DNA of 64,000 nucleotides. It comes from Euglena gracilis (Eukaryota). The stretch covers positions 37,557,703 through 37,621,702 of the forward strand of contig CP154954.1 of NCBI GenBank assembly GCA_039621445.1. Reading direction: 5' to 3'. Of this stretch, positions 38,027 through 49,400 are shown in pieces (position 1 is the first letter of the stretch; each line of letters begins with the position of its first letter). The translations under genes and the position numbers were made by a program. The notes under the pieces are model-generated. The model saw nothing but the letters and a program-made list of their open reading frames with translations, did not search any database and was not told the origin of the DNA.

Positions 38027-41000
38027 TCACTTCTTGTGCTTGGTGAGCCGCTTGGCCAGGCTCTCCGAGGCGGTCGCCGGCTTGGCGCCGGGCTTGGGCA
38101 GCCCGCGGCGAACGGTGCTCCGGGGCGCCGCAGGCGGGGCGGTACGAGGCGGTGGCGGTGCTGGGGTCTCCTCCTCCTCCTCGGACTCCTCCTCTTCGGA
38201 CTCCGCCTCCTGCGGCGCCGCCGGTGCCGAGGCCGCCGCTGCCTGCGACGACGCTGCCTCCGCGGCCACCTTGGCCTTGGACGCCTCGATGATGTGCTTC
38301 ATCGCCGGGTACTTCTTGGGGTCGAGGAGGTGGTACGACTTGGGGCCCTTCAGGGCCTCCCCCGGGCCCGGGGGACGGATCAGCCCCGCCGCCTTCCACC
38401 GGGTGTCCTCCTTGGCTCCCTTGCCCTTGCCCTTGCCCTTGCCCTCCCCCTTCTTCTCCTCCCCCTGTCGCTCCTTCCCCTTCTGGGGGGGCTCTGGCTT
38501 CCGGTACCCGGGGGTGATCTCCTCGATGGTGTCCTCCTCCTCTTCCTCTTCTCCCTGCTGCACTGGTGGGACTGCGGGAGCTTCGCTGGCGACTGCGGAG
38601 GAGGTGTCCGAGCTGTCACTGCTGCTGCTGCTGCTGCTGCTGTCCTCCTCCACCTCCTCCTCCTCCGGGTGGCGGCTGGGCTGGGCCACCGGCGGCGGCA
38701 CGATGATGGGGCTGGCTCCGGGTTCGGGCGGGGTGAGCTCCGGGGTCTCCCGGCCGGGGGCGGTCATCTCCACGTCGCCCTCCTCCGGGCTGTCCACCGC
38801 CTCGGTCTCCTCCCGTCTGGGCTTGGGGGCTGGGGGCCTGCTGGGCCTCTTCTCCGGCTCCTTCTTCCGGCGCTTCTTCCTCCGGTCAGCCCCACCCTTC
38901 TGGCGCTCCTCTAGCTTCTGCAGGCGGCGCTGCTCCTGCCGCATCTTGGTCTGGCGGCGCCGCTCCTCGGCCTCCTTGGCCCGTCGGCCCGCCTCCTCGG
39001 CGGCCAGGCGGAGCTTGTCCTGCAGGGCGGCGTTCTCCAGGGGGACCCAGAGGGCGTCCCCCCCTTCCAGGGCGGCCAGCAGGAGGGGCAGCATGGCGGA
39101 GGCGACGGGCCGGGGCAGGGTCACCGTGTTGGCCACGGTCTGGGTGACGTCCTCCAGGCTGCTGGCGGAGTCCTCAACCACCACCAGCACCTCGGGGGGC
39201 TTGGCCGCCCAGGCCGCCACCCGGCCGGCCACCGCGGCGTCGGCGGTCTGGATGACCATGGCGTTGGCCGCCTCCATCCGCCGCACCACCCGCCGCCACA
39301 GCCACTCCACGCACAGCCAGTGCAGCCCCGGCCCGCAGCTGGACTCCACGTCCCACTCCACCTTGGGCAGCACCTGCGAGGGGACGAGGGGACCAGACAG
39401 GCATGGAAGGCTTGAAAGACTTTGCGTGTATGAGGTGCGCGCAATTGCGCACATCAAACGATTACATTTTAAAAAAAAAGCTTGCAGAGGATGGGTGACA
39501 CCAATGCATACAGTGTCTGAAATGAGGAATAGCATGCTGCACAAACGCGGTGGGGTGGGGTACCTTGCTTCGCTCCACGTCACCCGGGCCGTACACGACC
39601 ACCAGGGCCCGCTTCTCGAACCTGCGGGCCACCCCCTGGCCCCCCTGCCGCAGCCAGACGTCCCGTACTCACGGACCCATGGCCACCCGCGCAGTCAGCC
39701 CGCCGGCCACCAACCCGCCCCACACTGCAGGCCACCGCCCCGGCACCGCCGTAGATGGCGACCGGCACGACGCCGGCCAGGCGCTTGACCTGCTCGGACA
39801 GGAGGGGGCAGGATTCTGTTTGGGAGTGTGTTGGCGTAGTGACAGATACCTTGAGTCATTGGATTTGCGCAAGTGCGTGCATCAAAACATTTGCGCAAGT
39901 GCGCGCATCAAATATTTTAAAAAAAAGGCACACACTACTGGGGAGCTGTTTCTGTTGAGAGTGGGAGTATGAATTTTTTTTGTGCGCGCAATTGCGCAAG
40001 TAAAACAGAAACTGCTAAAGCTTAAAAAAAAAGGCTCACGTTTAAACAGAACCCTGAGCCGGTGTTGTGGGTGACCTCGATGACGACGAGGCCCACTGCG
40101 GCCCCCAGCGCCTCCGCCGGCACCGCTCCGCCGCTGGCCTGGTACACCAGGCAGCGCACCCCCTTCTCCTCCCCGGCCGGCCGGGCCACCCCCACCTCCT
40201 GGAGGGCCCCGCCCTCCTTGGCCACCACCTCCGTCTCCACCGTCGGGAAGGCGAAGGAGGCGCGCAGCTCCTCGTACTGCGCCTCCACCCAGAAGGGGGC
40301 CGTCAGCACCGCCGCCAGGGGGGGCTTCGGCTCCACCGGGCTCCAGGTCCACGACCCCAGCCGCGCCACCTGCAGCGCCGCCACCGGGACGGTCCGCTTG
40401 AAGCGGCTGCGCTCCGCCCCGTTGTGCACTGCGAGACAACAGTGAAGGGGGGGTGGGGAGCACGTCACCACACTTGCAATGCAACCAGTGACCGTCACCA
40501 CCAACCGCCGTCCAATGCCGTAGCCACCCTGCATATACCACCCCGACCCACCCAGGCCACAGCGGCACACCCATCCGCGCGTGGATGTTGGGGTTGTCGC
40601 CCCGCCACGCGAAGGCCACCCACATCTCGTGGGTGGCCTCGGTCACCGCCTGCTCCAGCTGGGCCAGGCCGATCCCCGGGCTCTGCAGCGCCGCCGCCAC
40701 CTGCGCCCGCGCCTCGGGGGTCAGCAGCCGCCGGAGGGACCGCACGTGGGAGGACAGCAGCGTGCGGCCCCTCGCCGCCAGCGCCGACTCGACGCTCAGC
40801 AGCCCCGCCACCGCCTCCGGGTTCTCCTCCACCAGCCGCTGCAGCGGCCCCCACATCTGGATGACCTGCCCCTGAGGCAATGACACAGACACTGGGACCC
40901 CAGTGCATCAGGAGAATGTACTACGCCTTATGAAACAGTTTTATGCGCGCAATTGCGCAAATATAATGGGAACCAGCTCATGAAACTGAATGCATGGGTG

Positions 41001-42221
41001 CTGTGGGAGACTGGGCTAGACTGAGTTCACACCTGGGGGACCGACCGGTCCCAGCCGGCCTGCCGGTAGGCCGCCGCCAGCCGCACCGCCGGCACGGTGC
41101 TGATGTCCTTCCCCTTCACCAGGAGGTTGGCGAACTGGGGGATGGACAGCTCCTTCACCGACGACTGGATGGCCTGCGCATCCCCGCCGGCCGCCCGCCG
41201 GAGGTGCACCGGGGTCAAGGGGTGGAGGATGGTGGCGAGGACGTACTTCGCCTGGCCACAGCCCTGCATTTGCACCACTGTCTGCGACACCTGGGAGGGG
41301 CTGCACAGGTGGGGCGGCACGAGAGGGGCGGCACGAGAGGGGCGGCACGAGAGGGGCTGCACGAGAGGGGCTGCACGAGAGGGGTGACATGGGAGGGTCA
41401 GAACAAAAAACTCACAAAGAAATACAGAGCTGAATCCTTCGGGGGGTTCAACTTCTGGGACCTGAAGCCCTCCGCCCAGCGCTTCAGCGCCGAGGTGATG
41501 TGCTGCCCCGACATCAGCACGTAGTGGTTCTCTGTGAAAAACAACAGCAGGATGTGCGCGCAATTGCGCAAATCAAATCACATTGTACGCTTGTGCGCGC
41601 AATTGCGCAAATCAAATGACATTGTGCGCTTGTGCGCGCAATTGCGCAAATCAAATGACATTGTGTGCTTGTGCGCGCAATTGCGCAAATCAAATGGTAC
41701 CAACCATGCAAAGCACACTGACCAAAGCACAGCCCCACATACCAACAGAGACTCCACAGGCTAACTGATGTCAGAGAGACCGTCACACCTCACACAGTCA
41801 TATAACGCACAATCACACTGAGAGACACACCGGCCTTCTTCCAGACCGTCACCCTCACCGGCTCCAGCGGGGGGTTGAGCTGCAGCTGTCGGAGCTTGCG
41901 CTCCACTTCGTTGTTGTCGAGGGGGCGGGTCTGGCCCTCCGTCATCCCGTAGTCGACGTGGAGGGTGTCGAGGGGGAGTTTGGTGCTGGTCGCCAGCACC
42001 CACTGCTCCACCTTTTCTTTGTACACCTCCGCAATGGGGAGCTTCCGGGCGGTGTTGCGGGGGCGTACCCGCCCCGGCTTGGCGGCGGGCTTGGGCTCCT
42101 GCGCTGCAGCGACCTCGGCCGGGGCGGGCTCCGCTCCGGACTCCGTCACGTCGGTCCCGGGCTCCGCCTGCCCGGGGACGGCGGGCTCCCCCTCCGGGGG
42201 GACAGCCACAGGGTCGGCCAT
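38027..42221 (-). CDS. Transposon accessory protein, ~980 aa: N-terminal ParB/Srx-like domain, central alpha/beta region, coiled-coil plus basic NLS-like stretch, acidic low-complexity tail
   Basis: Exons 42221-41831, 41531-41436, 41253-41033, 40871-40571, 40428-40060, 39803-~39673 (donor uncertain), 39644-39564 and 39373-38027 join in frame (2937 nt). Motifs KLPLDTLHVD...QTRPLDNNEVERKLRQL...EPVRV...HYVLMSGQHITSAL resemble ParB. Confidence 0.7.
41553..41696. repeat. Tandem 39-bp repeat (~3.7 units), each unit containing the TGCGCAATTGCGCA palindrome, inside intron 1 of the ParB-like gene
   Basis: TGTGCGCGCAATTGCGCAAATCAAATGACATTGTGCGCT starts at 41553, 41592, 41631 and 41670. Confidence 0.9.
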
Positions 42222-42765
42222 GGTGTGCGACCTGAGGCAAGGCGCAGTTTCAAAAAGGGGGGGTTTCTCACCAGTGACTGAACTACACATTCCACAGCTG
42301 AATGAAGCGCATTTGAAACGCCTTCCACCCTACGGGAGGCAACCCGCCCCAAAAGTGACAAAAATTCATCCGACTTAGGCATTTTCAGGCAAAAAATGGA
42401 AAAACTGTGAAACACTACAACGGAACGCACAACATGCATGATTCCGGTCCGTGGCAAGGGGGGGTATGGATATGCTATGGTTTTGTAATCTTTCACGGCC
42501 TATCGGTGTCACAAAACGCCCAACACAAACCGGGGGTGACACGTCACGCATTCAGGTCGCGAAACGGCTAACCCACTGGCGGTTTGCCGTTGGCGTCCGT
42601 AGGCCTGCATCTTTGGAAATGTAGAAGGCGTACGGAGGGGAGTTTTCAATGTTTTTCTTTTGGCGCACATGCACCTCGTCACGGCGCATCGATTGATCCA
42701 TAAAATAAAGCGTGGCGCTACTTATATCAGAAGTTACTAAATCGTCGCCTCATCGGAGAATCCAC

Positions 42766-45700
42766 TCAGTCAGACCCCTCGGAGGGGTCCGCCGGGACGT
42801 ACGCGCGAGCCGCCCTCGGCTCCACAGTGTCCCGACTGCTGGTGGCCGCCCCGCGCTGCGCTGGTACCCGCCCGCCCGGCCGCGGAGGTGACGTGTCACG
42901 GCCTGGCGATTCGAATCGCGACCGTCGAGTCGGTCGCTCTCGCAGGGACCCCTCCGACGAGGAGTCAGCATCCACGGGCAACGGCAGACTCGCGGTGCCC
43001 CACTGCATTGAAATTTTAAAATACACTTTTGATGCGCGCAATTGCGCAAATGTAACACAATCTATGGCTTCTGGGAGGGGGGTTTGACACCCTATTCTCA
43101 AAAACGTTCATACTCTCAAAACTACGGAGCTGCAAACATTCAGTACCCTTCCCCCTGCTTTCAGAACACAGAGAATTGCCTAAACAAACACGGAGCACGT
43201 AACAGAGATGCGAACGCTCGGACTAATGGGTCACTACTTTCAAATGGGTGTGAAGGAACGCTGTGCCAGACACAGTACACAGAATGGGCCTGTCACACTC
43301 GCCACTTGGGATCATTATCAAACAGTTCACGTTTTTGATGCGCGCAATTGCGCAAATAAAAAGTGTAATCGTCATTACAGGGTGCAACGTCACTGTCCAC
43401 ATCCCCAGTCACGTGCACAATTTTTTTCTAAACGTTTGATGCGCGCAAATGCGCAAATGTAACATCACACTTTGGTATTCCTCGGGAAGGCATGTCATCT
43501 GAACCACGGCGGCAGTAATTACTGCCCTCCCCCCAGAAAGTAAATGACCAACCGCGAGTCTGGCTGCTGCCTCCCCAGCAGCCCTCTGTTGACGTGGACG
43601 GCGGCGGCCCACGACGCTGTCCCAGTGGACCTGGCACAGGTCCACCTCCGCCTGCGACCGCCGGCTGCGGCCAGCCTGCGCGTCGTAGCACAGCTGGTCC
43701 AGCTCCGCCGCCGCGTCGGCGGAGGGCACCTGGTCCTTCAGGAGCGTCCGCAGCGCGTACTGCAGCACGTCCTTCAGGGCCGTCACGCCCTTCGGCCCCG
43801 CGTCGGGCGCCAGCAGGGACGGCGGACCCACCCAGCCGTCCGGCCACCGCGGGACCACGGACTGGTCCTCGGACTCCTCCCCCTCGTCGGCGTCCAGCTC
43901 TTCGGGCTGCCGCCGTCGCTCCGGACGCAACCCCCTCGCCGAGGCGTACGTCACCATCTGGTGGACCAGCCGGTCGGGGGCGTCCACCGGCGGCCGCAGC
44001 TCACTGCCGTCCAGCAGGTGGTCCAGGTTGCGCAGGCAGTCCGCCAGCCACCGCCGGTCCACCCCGCCCGCCCGCAGCTCCCGGGCGCCGTGGTGCCCCT
44101 GCCTCACCAGCAGGTAGAGATCCATCACGTCCTCCACCTCCACCGCCTCCGGGTGCTGCTGCATGGACCCGCCCAGCCTGCTGAGGGTGGCCTCGTTCAC
44201 CTCCTCCGAGAAGCAGCAGGCGGGCAGCTGCTCGTGCCACCGGTCCCACACCAGCAGCGCGCACGCCAGCGTCCGCACGTAGTCGGAGTGGCCGCGCGGC
44301 CGATGTCCGGGTGTCGGCGCCTCCAGGTGCAGCAGCATCGTCAGGGCGTTGCACAGCACCTTCCGCGCCTGCCCGCCGGTCTGCGGCCGCCGCTCCTCCC
44401 AGTGGCACTCCCGCACCTGCCACCCCAGCGCGAAGCAGGCCGGCGCCCACACCACCAGCAGGTCCTCCAGCGCCTGCGCCACCGCCAGGTCCCGCTCCAG
44501 ATGCTCAAGTGCCTCCACAGCCTGGGCCTCCTTCCGGTGGCAGTGCTCCAGCGCCCGGATGCACTCCATCTGCCGGCTTCCCGACTGCCACGCCCGCTCC
44601 ATCTTGGCGCTGGCCGTCGCGTGCCGCACCTGCCGGGCGGTCTGCCGCTCCGCCTCCTCCTGCCTGCGCCGGGCCAGCTGCGTCAGCTGCCGCCGCCGCT
44701 CCACCTCCGGCGCCACGGTGTCCCGCCGCCGCCGCAGGGTCCGGATCAGCCGTCGCAGGCGGGCGCGGCGGTCCGCCGGCACCAGCAGCATGGCGCCGAC
44801 CCACATCTCCAGCGCCCGCACCTTCGGCTTGGTGGACCACTGCTCGCCCGGCGCCATGGTGCCCCGCTGCAGGAACAGGAACAGCGGCAGCAGGCGGCGG
44901 TACAGCACGTACAGCACCTGCTTGTACGCGTGCCACACGCCGTACAGCGGGGGCAGCTGCCGCAGCGCCTCGCCCGCGTCCCACCGCTGGCACTCCCGCC
45001 CGTACACCACCTTCAGCTGGCGGTACCAGAGGTTGATGTCCACCAGCAGGGGCAGCGGCGCCTTCACGCGACCCAGCACGTCGCCCTTCAGGAACCGGAG
45101 GACCTTCAGCATCCCCACCTGCGAGGAGATCCGGTCGTCCGTCAGCATGAAGGGCCGCCACACCGGGACGCGGGCGTTCTCTCAGCCGCATCAGAGTCAC
45201 CGCCTTTTGCGTGACACCAACTGCACTGTCACACCTCTGATACAAAACAGACCCTGAAATGTTTTGATGCGCGCATTTGCGCAAATGCGCGCATCAAAAG
45301 TTACTTCATAAACATTCGGCAGACGCAGACAGTGGCCCAGGACCAGGAATCATCCAAATTCACATGTGCGCGCAAATGCGCAAATCAAATGCGACTGACA
45401 CCACAAAACAGAAATCCGCGTACAGTACCGCCTGCCAATTGTGTGCCTCACTGAAATTCAAACACTTCATTCTTAACATTTGCGCAATTGCGCGCACATC
45501 AGAATATAATTCAATTCCTTTCAGCTGGGACCCAGACACAACCCTGACCCCGAGGCATTGGCCCCTACAGACACAGGTTATTCACACCAACATCCTCACA
45601 TCAACCCATCACAGGCTATTCGAAGAAAACTGAAACACATTTAGTCCCTCTGATGTTCGGGGCACGTCCAGTGGTACCCGCAGCTCGTGCGCCTCCAGCG

Positions 45701-46466
45701 GGCGTGCGCTGATCTCGGCGACCAGCTCCAGGAACGCCGGCAGGTCGCTCCGCACCAGCCGCGCGGACACCCGGTGGACGCGGCCCAGCAGCTGCTCCAG
45801 CGACGGGTACCCCGGGTACTCTGGGATGGCGTCCACCGCCGTCCGCATCATGGACATGACGCAGCAGTCGTGGGTGCGGATCACCATCCTCGGGTTCGAC
45901 GTCATCGCCCGCTTCCAGAAGTTGTCGAACCAGAGGACGCAGCTCCGCCCCTCCGACTGCTGCCACAGGTCCTCCAGCCGCTCGCAGGCCCGCTGCCGCC
46001 GCCACTGCCGGTTCCACACCGGCTCCCCCGGCAGGATCCCGCTGGGCCGCAGCAGCCGGCTGGCCGCCCGGTGCCGGGCCAGCGGCGCCTCATGCTCCTC
46101 CGCCACCACCCGCTGTGCCGCTCGCGGGCAGGCGTGCTGTCGGAGCGCCCGGTACACCGCCCAGGCGTCCTTCAGCAGCAGCTCGATCCGCGGCCGTCGG
46201 GGCTCCCGGGCCAGCTCGTCCAGCAGCGCCGCGCCGCCCTCCGTCCGCAGCGGCACCCGGGTGTGGGCCACCTGCACCACCAGCGTCTGCAGCGGGTGGC
46301 CGCGCTGCACCACTGCCGCCACGAACTCCTCGTAGGTGGCGGCGAAGTGGGCCTTCACCAGCTGGCCCAGCACCTTCCCAGCCTCCGCGGCCAGGGCGGC
46401 CTCCTCGCTGTAGCCCTCGTAGCCACGGCGGCGGGAGTGGGTGCTGCTGGCCTGGGAGGACTCCAT
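42766..46466 (-). CDS. Academ/DUF6589-like DDE transposase, ~879 aa, 3 exons
   Basis: Exons 46466-45659, 45183-43566 and 42979-42766 join in frame (2640 nt). Motifs LWFDNF, PLLVDINLWYRQLK, LYGVWH and SEEVNE follow the Academ order DN...(F/G)DQxLYxK...GxFH...E; the gene lies within TIRs. Confidence 0.65.
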
Positions 46467-49400
46467 TCAGTCCACCCCAGATCCGGCGGCCCACCACCTT
46501 TCACCAAAACCCACCATTCCGTCAACATAACACCGGCCACTCGCACCATTCAGAATGCATGCATCGCACACACACAACATTCGCACACTACACATCCACA
46601 CATCCTTCTGAATCATTTTTTTTTCTTTGGACACGTTTTTGTGCGCGCAATTGCGCAAGTCAACAAGGAAACACGATCATAACAATCCACAGCTGTACCC
46701 CGCCTGGTCATCCGCCATGTAGGTTAGCTCCAGGCAGGGGAACAGCAATTGAACGTCATCATATGGTCATAATCACCCCACACTTCACACACACTCCCAA
46801 ATTGGTTGTCAGCATGGCATCTCAGGAGTCGCAACATTTCCGGCATTCATACAAATCAGACCCCCTTTCGCTCCACTGAGCAACCGATAACGTCCAAAGT
46901 ATTTAATTGGTCACACCACACCCACTGGGCAGCCTCACAACAAAAAGTAACAAAGTGTGCGCGCAATTGCGCAAGTAAAACGGTACCACTTTGTATCGTT
47001 GACACATATCTGGGGCGTCACAAACCCCTTCTCAGCAACTCAATTCACAATTGAGGAAACAATCGTTTGATGCGCGCAATTGCGCAAGTGTGCAACGCGC
47101 CACAAGTAAATTTTTTGTTGTACACCAACTGGAAGGTTCCAATTCGGTGGGTGTTTCTTCGCACTCCTTCAAGACAGGGGGTGTCGTACCCCTCTTTCAA
47201 CATAATCAAATGCTTCGTAATTCGCAAGTCCTGGCACCCAACACACCCTCGCAATAATTCTCCAATCCATCAAGGGTGTCCAGTTTCATCGCCAGTCAAA
47301 CCATTGATATCCACAGGTCACATTTGGACACCCACAAGTCCAAAACCGTACGCCGCCAGATCTGGCCAGGTGCTTGCCGCGGGGTGGTGTGGGGTGGTAG
47401 TGGGTGTGGATAGGTGCCCCGCGGGCGGCGTGAAAGCAAGCAGCTGCGGAGAGGGACAGGTACGAAATTTCACACGTCCGTCCGGTCGCGAAGTCCGGTT
47501 AGGACTTTGTATTCGAAGGGGTTCGAATTGCCCAGCCCTAACGAGTTCCGTTCGCGATCACAAAATTTTTTTTTTGGCGGACAGGGTACAGGGTCCCAGG
47601 GGTTACAAAAAAAGTGGTAAATTTGCGCAATTGCGCAAATCAAACGGAAAAAAGCTTAAGTGCGAATTCGGCCGCCTAAGTGTTCCAAGGATTTCATTTG
47701 TGGTTGGTGGGTGGGGGGTCGCCCACCCACAATGCAGGCTTCCTGTGTTTCTAGAGGCGCCCATTTTTAGGTCAACATTTACTTCGGAGCCGAAGAGCCA
47801 ATTTTTTTCTTGCACAGTGCTGTGGTGGGTGTGGGGAGGGGTCGAACCCCCCACCTCCCGGGTCGGGGGGGTCGACCCTCCCACCAGGACTTTTCGTGCA
47901 GCCCTGCATGGGGCTCCAGACCGACCTCGGGGAGGACACTCATGCCCCGCCAACATATCAAAATTTTCCTTCCAGTGCCACAAAACTTTGGCATTTTTGA
48001 CAAATTTTGCCATCAATGCCCAGAATGCTATTGTTACTGATCATGGGAGTCAAATTTTTTTTGGACCAGCCTTTCGCACCTGGCTGAAAACTGGTCACCC
48101 GAACCGCACCGTTGTTTTAGAAGGATTGGGTGTCTGGCGATGCCGGCATCAAGAGCATGGTTGATCAGAGGGTTGGTGGGACGACCTCCCCTGCCTGGTG
48201 AGGGGTGCGGTCCGGCCTCACGCCACCTGGTATTTAGTGAATATTTTCTTTTGGTGTTCGGGTATCGAAGGAGTTTTTCTTTGTGCAGTTCCATCTTGGG
48301 TTGGGGGGTCGACCCCTCCTGTGTTTCATTAAGTGATTGCCCTGGTTCAGCCACCCCTTGTTGGCCCTCAAGTGTGCGTCCCATACTGCATGGTGATCTT
48401 GACCTTTTTGGGTTTTTTTTTGGAATTTGTCTGCAACATTTTTTTAAATTTGCTCTGTACCTCTAAATTTCCCAAAAATATATCAGTGCTTATTCTGGAA
48501 TTTTTTTTATCACTATTACCCATGATTGCCCAAGAAACTGCTTGATTGATTACCCAAGAAACTGCTTGCTTGTATGTTTAATTTCCCATGGTGCCAAGAT
48601 GCGTACAATGATAGGTGCAGGGCCCCCAGGGGCTGGGAGCTGGACCTGGCGCCCAGCCACAAAAGCCAAACTCCAGATTAAGCATTCTTCAGTCAAGGTG
48701 AAAAATCAAAAACCACCCGAAAAATGCCATTTTTGGCCATGTTTTGACCCCTTTTTCAAGCGTTTTGGCGTTTTGCGCCGAAATTTTTTTCGGCCCAGCC
48801 CGGCTTCGCTGGGGTGGCTTGAACTTTATTTCAGCAGACCCTCCCCCCCCCACAAGAGGGCTGCACTTTGCAGCCTGGCTGGGAGGAGCTGGCTGGAAAA
48901 AAGGTATTGGCTGGCTGGACCACCCTGCAGGAGCTGGGTCCCCTCCGGCTCAAGAAAACCCTGATTGGGTGCCACCACCCCAGGTGAAAATGCAGGCATT
49001 CACTGATTTTTTTTGGCATTCAGCCCTGTTGAACCTCCCCTTAATAAGTGCGCAGCGCCATAATTATGTGCAGTGCCCTAACACGTTCGCACCCCCCCCA
49101 AGGGCCCGAAACTACCTCCCTAAAAAGTGCACCCCCCCCAAGGAGAAATCAAGTCACATCTCAGGTTGGAAAGCACACACAATTCTCAGAAATGTCCTTC
49201 TCAGGCAATTATTTCTATCATCCGAGCCCAAATTTGGCATCCGAGCCCAAATTTGACACATAATCACTTCACTCATTGATTGACTTCACAAGAAGGGGAA
49301 AACCTGAAACAGATTGGTGGAAAATTAGCTGTTTTGTGTTTTGCCCAAATAAGTGCACAGTGCCCCAATAAGTGTGCACCCCTTGGGGTCCGAAAACTTC

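Larger units (their letters stand above)
36630..47640. promoter_or_regulatory. Dispersed palindromic sites (G/A)TGCGCGCAATTGCGCAA(A/G)T, ~22 copies, putative protein-binding sites
   Basis: Copies near 36630, 37282, 37787, 37907, 39435, 39863, 39890, 39982, 40943, 41553-41690 (x4), 43032, 43337, 43439, 45267, 45366, 45479, 46641, 46957, 47069, 47621; none lies in the two modelled CDSs. Confidence 0.75.
36592..47679 (-). mobile_element. 11.1-kb autonomous-looking DNA transposon (Academ-like transposase plus ParB-like gene) in an intron of the EF-hand gene
   Basis: TIRs TTAGGCGGCC(T/G)AATTCGCACTTAAG (36592-36616, 47655-47679; 24/25 identical), TSD GTGTTCC (36585-36591, 47680-47686), an abrupt compositional shift and two intact spliced genes. 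Confidence 0.9.

Noticed and set aside
36800-38399. Long minus-strand ORFs 36800-37813 and 36909-38399 as single CDSs
   Set aside because: They cross T-rich intron- or UTR-like tracts and overlap the real last exon in another frame; there is no coherent protein signal.
38001-39788. 595-aa + strand ORF and other long + strand ORFs (43544-45214, 45687-46682)
   Set aside because: Antisense shadows of GC3-rich minus-strand genes; splice signals and motifs support only the minus strand.
41553-41696. CRISPR-like short repeat array
   Set aside because: The intervening sequences are near-identical, so it is a simple tandem repeat; there are no cas genes and the context is a eukaryotic intron.
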